Positions 1 to 11,861 of a stretch of DNA of 64,000 bases are shown here, in pieces. Below the pieces are notes generated by a model. It made no database searches, was not told where the DNA came from, and saw only the letters and a program-made list of their open reading frames with translations. How positions within the stretch are numbered: position 1 is the first letter of the stretch; every line of letters starts with the position of its first letter. Position numbers and translations under genes: made by a program. This DNA is from Convolutriloba macropyga (Eukaryota). Location of the stretch: assembly GCF_964194025.1 (NCBI RefSeq), contig NC_134473.1, forward strand, positions 13,826,001-13,890,000. The letters run 5' to 3'.

Positions 1-1127
1 ACTGTTGAATCGGAATATCATTCTTGCTTAATTCTGCAACTCAATGTTTACCCTATTAGTGCAAAGCATGCTTCGTATAAGATATAGTACACTAGTACTC
101 AAGAGACTATTTTTTTTGAAAAGCACCTCTTACCAATTACAAATTGCAAAGACTAAAAAACACGTGCTAAATTCTACTTGATAGCCTTGAGAACAACTTC
201 ACAATAAGGCCATCGAGCTTAAATTTATCAAAATAAAGAACACGAGAAAGCGGAAAATTGTTCCAGAAGAAAAAAGGTTATTTCAATCGAGATTCTTCGA
301 AAAACTTCGAAGGCTATCACAACCAGACGGCGAGTTAAAAAATAGTTAAATTACTTTAAGCTAATTCAATCAGTAATTTGATCATATGAATGCAGTTGCT
401 CTAAATCAGCCTTTCTGCCGTCCTGTTCTTGTAATATACTCTAATTTCGATAGTTTTATCAGCGTCAATTTTTAACTTAAATAATGTGAAATTAAAACAA
501 TACACTCCTACAATTCAAATACAGATTAGCAAGATATAACAGTTAGTAAGATGTAAACGAAATGGGAAAAAATACATGACATCGACGTGACCGGACAATA
601 GATCGAAAGCTAGAAGTGGGACAGTAAATCGAAATTGATCTATTCTCATTGGCTGAAATTAAGCAGTGTTTGAGAGCCGACATCAGATTACTGAATCTGA
701 CTGTGCCTTGCGCGTCATGGCCATACCTTAGTGGCCGGTGGAACTTGGTATGAATATTAAGTGAGGGCTAAAACCTGATTGACCAGTATGCAACGGAAGT
801 AATTTCATTATTGATCTATTATCCCATTTTTGTTTTTGAGCTATTGTCATATCACCTGAAATAGAATCTATACAAATTTGTGCGCAAACAGTAACCAGAT
901 TCGTTAATTATACATCTCTAAGAGAAAAGTTAAATTACATTCTACCTCATTCATGAACGAAACAAAAACTCTCAGATTTTGATCATTTAAAAAGTTTTGT
1001 TACTCGAATTTAGTCATTTACTAGAGACATGAAAATAGACTCAGCAATTGACCAGACAGAACATACAAGATTAAGCACAATTTTAAAGGAAAAACTTCGG
1101 TGAGTACCAATAGAAACGAAAAAAAAA

Positions 1128-1478
1128 CACAAACCGACTAACGCCGGACGAACTGCTCCCGAGGGACAGACAAGGCAATTTAATTTGGAGGGTGCGTTGC
1201 ATATAACCTTTTTATGGTTTCAAAATTCCGACCCCAGAGGGGTTCGAATCCGCAACCCCCAGAACAACAGTCTGGCCTCTTAAATCACTCAATCATAAAG
1301 TATTTCCAACTTCAACGCTAAAAATCGCCTTTATGCCAGCAACAAACTTTCTAAAGAGTAAAAGCAATTGAGATCACACAAAAATTCAGAAGCCAAGCGT
1401 GAAAACGGTCAAGCAAAAATCTTGCTTAAAATTACACACGTTTACAATAACGGCCTCAAACTTCGTTCGAGAGCGATT
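1128..1478 (-). mobile_element. HINE family A, tRNA-cassette subtype
   Basis: Degenerate family A ends plus an internal tRNA-like segment (~1231-1298). Related to 30607-30994 and 44130-44512. Confidence 0.65.
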
Positions 1479-1634
1479 AAACATCTTAAAACGCAACATA
1501 CGTTCAACTTATCAATAGATTTTAAAAAAGTAAGTATTAATGATTTTTCTAGAAAAAGAAAAATAGAAGACGGAAAAAACAAAAAACACTTGAATACACT
1601 TTAAAGTTCTGCGTTTGCTTTCCTCTTTTTAAAC

Positions 1635-3438
1635 AAATTTTCTCATCAATATTTTTAATAACAGATCAAGTTGCCTTGTTAGAAGGTATTTAAATATTAA
1701 AAGCATCTACTCCTCTCTTTTTAACAAAAGTTTGACAACGATATTAGAACAAAATTTTAATGTCCACGGAGACTATAAAGCTGTAAATTGCAGTATTAAA
1801 GCAAGAAAATTCATTCTTTTTGACAAAAGTTTAGGTCAACAATAAGAAACACTGCTGGCAGATTGCCGGAGAATAGCCGCGCCTGTTGGCTTCCATTAAT
1901 TGAAACAACTAAAGAAATAAGACAGACAGATGGAACACCAGTCCTGTAACAGACCACTAGACTTTTTGGTTAGTTTTTGACTGTCATTTTTTGAGACACA
2001 TACGCTCTATAAAGAAAAAGCCCTAATGGAGTTTTTTCAAAATTAATACTCGAAATCAAAAACTCAAGACTCTAAAACTCGAGAATAAGGTCATATACGG
2101 TTGGCACTATTTTGACACTAATGACCTTTAACTATGCAATGTTAATAAAATTTAAAGTTCATTAAGCGAGTTCAGTAGTAATTTTTTGAGTGAGGTAAGT
2201 CACACAATTGACCTAAAAGCAGAACAAATGATGTCACGTACACAAATTTTAACAGCAAACCAGTAGAAATCACTGAAACTGAAAAAAGTCAATTCCAAGA
2301 AGTCAGGTCGCAAGAATCATCGATAGAATCGAACTAACGAGAAAGCGAATTTTTGTTCAAACACCGTTTTCTCACTCTACTTTAAATTTTAAGCGAAAAA
2401 ATTTCACGCCACAAAACCACTCGCTTTTCCGCTCCACTTCCTGTTTCGGCGTGACCAATATCACTACTCCAATTTGAGTTCAAAAATCACGAAACTGTGT
2501 GAACAGATCTTAAAAACATAGCTGGCAGATTGCCAGAAATTTCCTCATCAATATTTTTAATAACAGATCAAGTTGCCTTGTTAGAAGGTATTTAAATATT
2601 AAAAGCATCTACTCCTCTCTTTTTAACAAAAGTTTGACAACGATATTAGAACAAAATTTTAATGTCCACGGAGACTATAAAGCTGTAAATTGCAGTATTA
2701 AAGCAAGAAAATTCATTCTTTTTGACAAAAGTTTAGGTCAACAATAAGAAACACAGCTGGCAGATTGCCGGAGAATAGCCGCGCCTGTTGGCTTCCATTA
2801 ATTGAAACAACTAAAGAAATAAGACAGACAGATGGAACACCAGTCCTGTAACAGACCACTAGACTTTTTGGTTAGTTTTTGACTGTCATTTTTTGAGACA
2901 CATACGCTCTATAAAGAAAAAGCCCTAATGGAGTTTTTTCAAAATTAATACTCGAAATCAAAAACTCAAGACTCTAAAACTCGAGAATAAGGTCATATAC
3001 GGTTGGCACTATTTTGACACTATTGACCTTTAACTATGGAATGTTAATAAAATTTAAAGTTCATTAAGCGAGTTCAGTAGTAATTTTTTGAGTGAGGTAA
3101 GTCACACAATTGACCTAAAAGCAGAACAAATGATGTCACGTACACAAATTTTAACAGCAAACCAGTAGAAATCACTGAAACTGAAAAAAGTCAATTCCAA
3201 GAAGTCAGGTCGCAAGAATCACCGATAGAATCGAACTAACGAGAAAGCGAATTTTTGTTCAAACACCGTTTTCTCACTCTACTTTAAATTTTAAGCGAAA
3301 AAATTTCACGCCACAAAACCACTCGCTTTTCCGCTCCACTTCCTGTTTCGGCGTGACCAATATCACTACTCCAATTTGACTTCAAAAATCACGAAACTGT
3401 GTGAACAGATCTTAAAAACATAGCTGGCAGATTGCCAG
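1635..3438. repeat. Tandem duplication, 2 x 902 bp
   Basis: 1635-2536 and 2537-3438 differ at only a handful of positions. Confidence 0.92.
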
Positions 3439-4690
3439 AAAATAGCCGCAATAGATTCGTAGATCGGCAGTCTAAAAAAAACAGTAAGAAAGACAGACCA
3501 AAAAACCCGTCTTTTCATTGAAGGCTGATCTGTTATATTTTGATTAAAAATCTGTATAAGTTATTGCTGCCTCTATTAGCTGATCTCAATTAACCTTCAT
3601 TTAGAGTGACACACACCCATTTGACCTTATCTCTTTGAATTAAAGTAAATAAAAGTCAATTTCAAAGTGAGGAAGTCATTTTTGAGAGTGAGGTAAGTCA
3701 AGTGTGACCATTAATCAGGCGCATGAACAAAAAAACTCGCTCCACTAAGAGCGAAAAATGACGTCACACATGCAATTCAGTTGAAATTGCATGAACGAAT
3801 GAACAAAAAGTGGCTGTGACGTCATATGGTCGTAACAAAAATCATGACGACGAAATAAAAAAACATAGCAGGACAAGTCCTGACGTACAATTCAAAGAAT
3901 TTTCATTGACTTAACAAACAACTAGACCTAGAACGGACAATGGGTGAATTGGGAAAACCATTTCTAAAAAAAATCAGATGAAAAAAACAAAAAAAAACAG
4001 AAAATCAATGTCAAAATGCTGCTAGGGAGAACAATAAACCACTAGTGAAATATGTAATTTTGATTCTAAAAAAAAACTAGGTCCAGAATGAGCTGTGAAT
4101 GGATTGGGAAAACCATTCAGAAAAAAATCCGATCCAAAAAATCGAAAAAACAGTAAAAATCAGAGTGAAATTGCCGCATGTGAACAAAAAACCACTACCG
4201 AGAAACCGAACTTTTGTTCAAACACTGTTTTCTCACTCTACTTTAAAATTAGAGCGAAAAAAATTCACGCCGCAAAACCACTCGCTTTTTCGCTCCATTT
4301 CCTGTTTCGGCGTGACCAAAATCACCACTCCAATTTGACTTCAAAAATCATGAAAATGTGTGAACAGATCTTAAAAAAAAAAAGACAGCGCCCCAATACA
4401 ATTCAAATTCTTTGAATTGTAAAAAAACCAAGAGAAGGCCAATAATAGCCCCAGCTATCGCTGTGCGGCTATTAAAAAAGACAGCGTCCCAAAACAATTA
4501 AAATTCTTTGAATTGTAAAAAAAAATAGGAGCGCTATAATAGCCGGCTGAGAAGCTGAGGGCGGCTATTAACAAGCGTGAAAAAGTCACTTGAGAAGTCC
4601 AAGAATGTTGGAGAACAAAAAGGCGAAAGCGGTCAAGAAAAAGACGCACATGTTGACAATAATTGCTTCAAACTTTATTCGAGAGCAATT
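3419..4690 (-). mobile_element. Nested HINE stack: B1 (3419-4473) containing C (3864-4420), followed by the closing ends of three outer elements (4517, 4569, 4690)
   Basis: Family C has hairpin caggac-aa-gtcctg and subTIR acaattcaaagaa/ttctttgaattgt. Comparison with the empty B1 at 25166 places the insertion in the A-run before ccaagagaagg. Confidence 0.8.
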
Positions 4691-4823
4691 AAAAACAAAA
4701 GTCAATATTTAAAAGCTGTGGATAGTTCGAAGACAAAAATTAGCAAGGAATCAGGCTTTTGCACTAAAATAGACAATCATTTTATAGTTGCTATTCATAG
4801 TGGTGTGACTGGTGGCCTCTTAC

Positions 4824-4983
4824 CCGTTTCTTTATCCCTGAGGCCATAGCACTGAGTGAGGCGCATGGTGCGTGGGTCGAAGAACATGAGATACTGGTAG
4901 GAGCCACAGCAGTAAAGATTGTGCTCAGCTGAATAGCACAAAGTCACTGTCTCCTGACAATCCACGAGTTTCTCTGACCTCGT
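4824..4983 (-). CDS. DCAF12: DCAF12 coding exon 6 (gene continues left of the window)
   Basis: CQETVTLCY...YCCGSYQYLMFFDPR matches CRENVCLAY...YAVGSQAHVSFLDPR. gtttag acceptor and gtaaga donor. No further exon was recognised in 1-4823. Confidence 0.87.
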
Positions 4984-5776
4984 CTAAACACAAACACACC
5001 GTAGAATCAATCGAGATTAGCGGGTTCAGAGCTCGCATCTGGTTGATGAAGAAAGTGACAAAATAAACGCAGTAAATTTCAAAACCATCTGCTATTATCA
5101 CCACAACCATTCACTTGGTTCTATATACCCGTTTAATATAACTTTCAAAATAAAGTTTTTTCCCGTACACAGAGACAAAAATATAAGAGATTTCTGCGAA
5201 GCAACGTTAGCTAGTCTAGATAAAGATGGCAGCAATCAAATAGCTCTAAGAAACTCCCATGTATTGTTAGCAGAAAGCCCCAATAGCATAAAAAAAGTTC
5301 AGGAAAGCCCCAAGTCTTCCCAATTGCAAAAATACAACGTCCAATACCCAATACATCTAAAAGAAACGCTTAGATGTGACCAAAGTAAGTTTTGGAATCC
5401 AAATGAATCAACGAATATACAAAATATGCACATATAGCGAAGTAGAACGAATCACTTATGTATATATAATGCATTAAATAACTCAATTGGTCAAAATAAA
5501 TGTCACAGCCAATTAACCGTTGTTTTTAACTACTTTTGGGAAAAATTAGTTCCAGCGCATTTAAGATTTACATTACATTTATGGTACCAAATTTTCTTCT
5601 ATTAGAGCGCAATCAAATTCATAATTTCTAGTGTGCGATATAGATCACGTAAAACATGAAGTTAAGCGTTGAAAAAAGCACACCCACAAAGAAGTCAAAT
5701 TAGTCTTAATATTTTGCATAATGACGTATTATGTTCCACCGCTAACCTATATTGGTGATCAAAACAGTTCATTCAC

Positions 5777-5932
5777 CTGTTTCATTAGACCCGGATCCCA
5801 TGTGTGGATATATCCATTTAATGAGGTGACGGCCAGTTCTTGTCTTCTAGTGTTGAGAGCCATGGCTCTCACTCGATCGCTCGTCTGGCACAACTTCTTT
5901 GCCAGTGGTTGAACAGGAGAATAAAAAGGTAC
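5777..5932 (-). CDS. DCAF12: DCAF12 coding exon 5
   Basis: DRVRAMALNTRRQELAVTSLNGYIHTWD matches KVRALAFN...ELGAVSLDGYFHLW. tttcag acceptor and gtgaat donor. Confidence 0.9.
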
Positions 5933-8555
5933 CTGAAACGAGCAGTAACACAATTTTCTACTCATTCTTCTATTCTCAAAACATCTCGAAACTCTACTTG
6001 AGCAAGATTGCTCTCACGCTACAGCATCTAGTCGCCAATCAAAACACCAATAAGATGAACAAATAAAATAGCCCACGTTGGAAAGCAAGTCGAGGAGCAG
6101 AAAGTTTAAACAAGTTTAGCTTCCTTTTAAAAGCGCAGAGATGACTGCAATAAAACCTAAATACACAAAGGGGCAACAAAAAATTTTTGGAACCAAATTT
6201 CATTGCAAAAAATTCAGAACCTAAAGAGATTTTGCAGCCCCACTAGTTTGAAAGCGTATACCTACCGATGCATTAGAACGAATTGTGAAACGATGTCGAA
6301 AGGAGAATATGCTGATGCTAAATTCACCCTTAATAAAAGAAAGCTCTCTACAAAACCGAGGTGAACAAAATTTGAAACTTAACTCATATTTTCCCAAGCA
6401 TCTCTTAAAAATTAAGCGCTTCTTGAGCGATGGGAAGAGCTTGAAATGAAAGCTGCAGGAATTGCAATTTTAGCTTCTTGAAAACTACTTTTTCCATTTG
6501 CATTCAACACTTAAAAGCGCTCTTTCTCCGGTACCATCTTATCCTTCAGAAATGCGTAAAAATCATCAGGAAAACTGCTGCCTATTTTACAATTTTTGAA
6601 AAATGCGAACAATACGAATCTACTTCAAAATCCCGTTAACGATTTTTTTAAAGAAAATAAATATGGAGCAACTTTATAGAATGGGGGGTTTAGCGTATTC
6701 GATATCCAAATTGTATGAACTTGAATGTTGTATCATTCTTATCTTTTATAAATTGCTTTAAAACAATTTTGACAGAAACAAAGATGGCCCGCAAAATAGT
6801 GTCTTACATTGCCTTTGAAAATGTCTACTGTAAATGCAGCACATCAAATTGTAAAATTAAAGACACTTTGAGAGTGAGGTAAGTCACATATGGCCACAAC
6901 ATTCACGCCAATGAAAACAAAAATCACTCCAATAAGTGTAAAAATGACCTAACGCACGCTATTCGATCTAAAAATTGAATGCATGGATGTCATATTGGTC
7001 GTAACAAAAAAATCTAGCCAAATAAAAAATAACCAACAGACTGCCCGAATAGCTACGAGACTTTTGTCCCGTAAAATACAGATACAAAGAGGATAAAGAA
7101 ATGACTCGGAAAAAAGTTATTGCGGCAACCTTAAAAATTTAAAGGGGTGCATCATTGAGAACATTTTGGGTGCACAAAATTTTGACACCCGAAAGGTTCG
7201 AGCCCCAATCCTCCTCATAAGAATACGAGGCATCAACCACTCCGCTATCAGGCCCTCGTCAGCGTTTATCTTACAATAGACTTTGTGTGAGCAACAGATA
7301 TAAATTAGGAATGCGAGCAACGTAGTGCACACAAAAAGCAAAACCAAGCGTGAAAAACACTGATAAATTAAAGCAACAGAACCTTCCAGAACATATGTAA
7401 AACGAAGAGCGTTAGATGACGAAACAAAACAATTCAAAGAATTTTAACTGACTAAAACATAGCCGGCAGATTGCCGGAAAATAGCCGCGATAGACACTTG
7501 TGGCCTTCCATGAAATGAAACAACTAAAGAAATAAGATAGACAGATCGACCACCAGTCGATTAATAAACCACTAGACTTTTGGGGTTAGATACGTACTGT
7601 CAATTTTATTGACACATACGGTCTTTAACGAAAAAGCCCTAAAAGAGCTTTCTCAAAATTGATATTCGAAATCAAAAACTCAAGACTAATACTCAAGAGT
7701 TAGGGTATAAGTTTGGCACCACTTAGATGCACACTAATGATCTTTAACTATTAAATGTTCATAAAAATTGAAGTTCCATAAGTGAGTTCAGAAATATTTT
7801 TTTTTGAGTGAGGTAAGTCACGCAATTGACCTAAAAGCAGCAATGAAGTTACGGTAAGACGAAACAAAAATCTGTTAGACGAAGTAAAAAAAATAGGAGC
7901 GCAATAATAGCCGCCTGGAATTGCTGACGCGGCTATTAAACAGTTATAATCGAAGTTCAATTGCCATACGTGAACAAAAAACCACAATCAAAAATATTGA
8001 AAATGTGTGTGATCTTATAAGAAAGACAGCGCCCCAATACAAATCTTTAAATTGTAAAAAACCAAGAGCACAGCAATATAGCTACGTTCAGCTCACAACT
8101 ATAAATGCTAGAGAAGGCCAATAATAGGTCCGCCCAGCTATCACAATGACAGCTATTAATAAACAACTAACGTCAGACAAATTGCTATCAAACGACTCGC
8201 GAGGGGAAGGGGTTGGCTTTAATAGTAAGAAACCAGGCTGTAAGGAAATGGGGGAGAACTTCCCAAAGTAGACCATGGGATAATGAAATTGACCCTCCAC
8301 AGGGGTTTCCGTCAAAGGTAAAGTTACAGACTAGTATAGCGATAAGAGCACAGAACAGGCACTTAATGCCATCAGGCTTTACAAGTTCATCTCGTTTTTT
8401 GTTATTATTGAGAACGAAAAGTCAAAAAAGTGCAACCGGAGCCCAATAATTGCTACAAACTTGGATTGAGAACAAGTAAATTTCACTTTCAGGGTACTCC
8501 CAAAAAATTTGTACTGTAGCATCAATGTAATAGAAGAATAAAAATGCCTTCTTAC

Positions 8556-8806
8556 TTCGAATTGATCGCTAGCTTCACACGAGGCTACTGATTGCGCGCT
8601 CGGAAGCTGACGGGCGCTGAATGAGCTCTCAGCGATGGTAGCTGCACTATCCTCGTCTGAGGGAGTCATGAAAGAGGAAAGGGGTGACTGGTGCGCATAG
8701 CCAGGAATAGGAAAAGAGGAGGAGGATTTGGATGACGAACAGTCTTGATGTGTGAAATCGTCATCAGATGATATGTGCCACAAGCACAGGTAATTGTCAC
8801 GGCTTC
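8556..8806 (-). CDS. DCAF12: DCAF12 coding exon 4
   Basis: GSRDNYLCLWH followed by a Ser-rich segment. aatag acceptor and gtaag donor; phase closes to 0. Confidence 0.85.
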
Positions 8807-9669
8807 CTATTAACAAACCAACACTATTTTAACGGCAGATTAGTAAAAAAAAATATTTGACCGTACTTCAAAAATCCTAGTGGGTTGCCTGATCAATTAT
8901 TCCAAAAACATTTAACAAAAATCAAAAACAATTTCGAGTTTGATTGTCTTATTCTCGCCAGAGCAAACGCATAACAGGACAGCTAAAACTAATAAATATA
9001 GCTCGTGTGAGCCACAGACCAATAATTTACGCAATAAACTGCTACAAAGTTCACAACAAAGAAAATTTAAACATAAACCGACTAATGTCGGAGGAATTGC
9101 TCTTTTTTGAACCCATTTTTTTATACTTACAGCTTTGATGTAACTAGATTTCTCAAACTAAAGGTAATTAAATTTCACGTTTTGTAATCTAATTTCACAC
9201 GTTTCACGCGATTACAACATTATTAATGTCCCACATTTCTATAACCAACAATAAGAACTTAATTTGAACTCAAATCTAGGCAAAATTTCAAATTAATGAT
9301 CTCCTTAAACTTCTAAAACCATAATGCATTTATTTGAATTTTTTTCAGAAATATCCCTCAGCAGTCATTTTATTTGTCTGTCTCAATTTCCATACGAGAG
9401 AGCTACTCTTACATTGTGAATTTTAATTACACTAAATTATTAAAAGTGCATACAAGGCTACGTTTTGAACTGTAGATTTCACGTGAATTCTATTTACGAA
9501 AGATAGCAAGTAGATTTCACAAATTTGTAAGCGTTGTCCACGACCCCCGTGTGGCAGCTTCGCTTAGGGTCACACAACTCCTAACGAGCCCCGAAATATT
9601 GAAGATCAAAAAATGTCAGCTTAATGAACGGGGTTTTTTTTTAAAAAGCAGAACATGAGGCTGTCATAC

Positions 9670-9730
9670 CTGTCACAATGAATTCGTCGTCCAGCCATGA
9701 TCCACAAAAGACCCAGTCACCGTGACCCTT
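9670..9730 (-). CDS. DCAF12: DCAF12 coding exon 3 (61 nt)
   Basis: KGHGDWVFCGSWLDDEFIVTG is a WD40 repeat matching GHKDWIFSIAW...SG. ttttag acceptor and gtatga donor. Confidence 0.88.
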
Positions 9731-9954
9731 CTAAAACAAGAACCCTGCTGTAACAAGTACCCGACTATCAAAAACAAACTATGTTTACTTCGCATAAGCG
9801 TTGAATAGGTTAATCAAAGCACACGCGTTCTTTAACTCCAAAAGTAGGTAAAATGAAAGTAGGTAGAAAGTTCTTATATACAAAGCAAAAAGTTGATTTT
9901 CATGGGCTTTCGGCATTTCATAATTTTTAAGTTGGGCGTTTTTAGGCAAATTTA

Positions 9955-10339
9955 CGTGAATCTGTAGAAGTCGCTTTGAAATTCTGGCTGAACATCTTGA
10001 ACTGACACGCGGTTCACTGTGAACTCCAATAAGTTCCCAGTGACTCAAGCAGAGTCACGTTACCAAAACAGGAAATTATGGAAGCGCTACTTTCTTTTCT
10101 GCCGTCTTTAACACTCAAAGCTTCATACATATCTGGCTCTACTTCTGCTTCCAGACATTACTTGCCAACGGTTCAATTCAAATTATGACTCTCTCAATCA
10201 CACTTTTCAACTCCCGTGCCACTTGAATTATTGGTTACATGACTCTGCTTGAAGTCACTGAGAACTTCTGTCGTTTATTGAGAACCGTGATATGTTCGAG
10301 ATGTTCAGCCAGAATTTAGAAGTGACTTCTGCAGTCACG
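9955..10339. mobile_element. MITE with ~115-bp TIRs and TA target duplication (Tc1/mariner-like)
   Basis: ta|cgtgaatctgtagaagtcgc...aattctggctgaacatc at the left and gatgttcagccagaatt...gacttctgcagtcacg|ta at the right. Confidence 0.75.
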
Positions 10340-10354
10340 TACCCTGGTTAAAAA

Positions 10355-11477
10355 CATAGCCGGCAGATTGCCGGAAAATAGCCAATATAGACGCTTGTGG
10401 CCTTCCATGAATTGAAACAACTAAAGAAATAAGATAGACAGATTCGGACTGTCAGTTTTTTTATACATACGGTCTATAAGGAAAAAACCCTAAAAGAGCT
10501 TTTTCAAAATTGATATTCGAAATCAAAAACTCAAGACTAATAATCACGAATTAGGGCATATAAGTTTGGCACTACTTGGATGCACACTATTAACTAGTAA
10601 ATGTTCATAAATATTAAAGTTCCATAAGTGAGTTCAGAAGTAATTTTTTTGAGTGAGGTTAAGTCACGCAATTGACCTAAAAGCAGAAATGACGTCACGT
10701 ACACAAATCTTAACTGCAAAGCAGTAGAAGTCACTGAAGTCATTGAAAAAGTCAATTCCAAGAAGTCAGATCGTAAGAATCATCGATGGAGACGACGAAT
10801 TAAAAACATAGCCGGTAGAATACCGGAAACGACTCGAATCGTCGTGCATTATAATCTCTAACCTAACCTTACCGAAATCAGAACATCAAAATAGACAAGA
10901 GAAAAAAAACAAAAGTAGCCCAACAAACTCATTAAAGTGTTTTAAAAATATGCCGATAATTTTTTAGGTGCGGGGGGAGCTAGGTGGGGTGGGTGGGTAG
11001 GTAGGTTGGGGAGGTGGGTAGTGCTGGGGTAGTTGGGGGTAGCTAGGTGAAGGGAGGGGCTAGGGGTAGGTGGGGTAAGTTGGGGGGGGGGGTGCAGGGG
11101 GCGGTGGGGGGAGGGGTAGGTAGGTGTTGAGGGGGGGGGGGGGGGTAGATTGGTGGTGGGGGGGGGGCGTTGTGTGGGATAATTAGGGGTGTCTTATATA
11201 GGAACAAAAAATCTCAAAATGACCTCTTCACCTTGAACATTACTAGCAGTTCCTAATTACTATACATTACAAAAGCTACTGTTAAAGTCCAATGATCGAA
11301 AACAGATGTCAACAATCAAAAACGGAGGTAAATGCTCGAAAAGAAAGAAGTCAAAATTCAAGTCATGAACAAACTTGCTTTCTGCTAAAAAAAACCTGTA
11401 GAATCTCAATACTCCTCTTCGAGTCGTAAAAAAACCACGATGTCCCCAATAATAGCCGCTATCGCTTCGCGGCTATT
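10355..11477 (-). mobile_element. HINE family B2 (10355-11477) containing family D (10807-11427)
   Basis: Family D has hairpin ccggta-gaa-taccgg and subTIR acgactcgaa/ttcgagtcgt. The empty B2 end is seen at 44000-44071. Confidence 0.78.
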
Positions 11478-11621
11478 AAACACGAAACGTGCACATTTTA
11501 ATAGGACCAAAGTTTATGGCAGTCCACTTCTGGCTAATTAGATAGGAAAATAGGAACTTCCGGCATTTTAATTTCTGGCACTGTTTTTTGTTTTAAGTAA
11601 TTTAGCGCAGTGAATTCTCAC

Positions 11622-11861
11622 CTCTCCTAGCACTAGCGGGTCAATCTGTGGCAGCGAGTACACGGCAATGTCGTTTGGGTTCTCTCCCCCGGTAGCTAGG
11701 CGTGTCTCCGAGGGATTCACAGCAATCATGTGAATTCCACAGTTGGAAGGCTGTTGCTGCCTTTGCTCTCGCTCCGTGAGAGGGCCACGTGACTGTACAT
11801 TCTGTCGCTTCAGAAGCGGAATCGAAAAGCGGCTTTGGTTGTTCACATTCAGCACTTTGAG
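11622..11861 (-). CDS. DCAF12: DCAF12 coding exon 2
   Basis: [35 protein letters not shown]. atttag acceptor and gtgag donor, phase 0/0. Confidence 0.9.

Noticed and set aside
1231-1298. Functional tRNA gene
   Set aside because: Degenerate A and B boxes, divergent between copies, and embedded in a mobile element.
2178-2215. aattttttga followed by gaggtaagt as a possible SL RNA or snRNA gene
   Set aside because: The Sm-like tract lies upstream of the donor rather than downstream as in SL RNAs, and the motif is internal to a dispersed transposon.
4095-4415. Recurring short ORFs (4095, 21611, 39512, 28203, 28426 and others)
   Set aside because: Chance reading frames inside repeated non-coding elements, with the frame not conserved between copies.
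4382-4690. Array of short hairpin modules resembling a CRISPR or attC array
   Set aside because: The modules are different sequences, each matching the subTIR of an element type that opens further left. The context is eukaryotic, with no cas or integrase gene.
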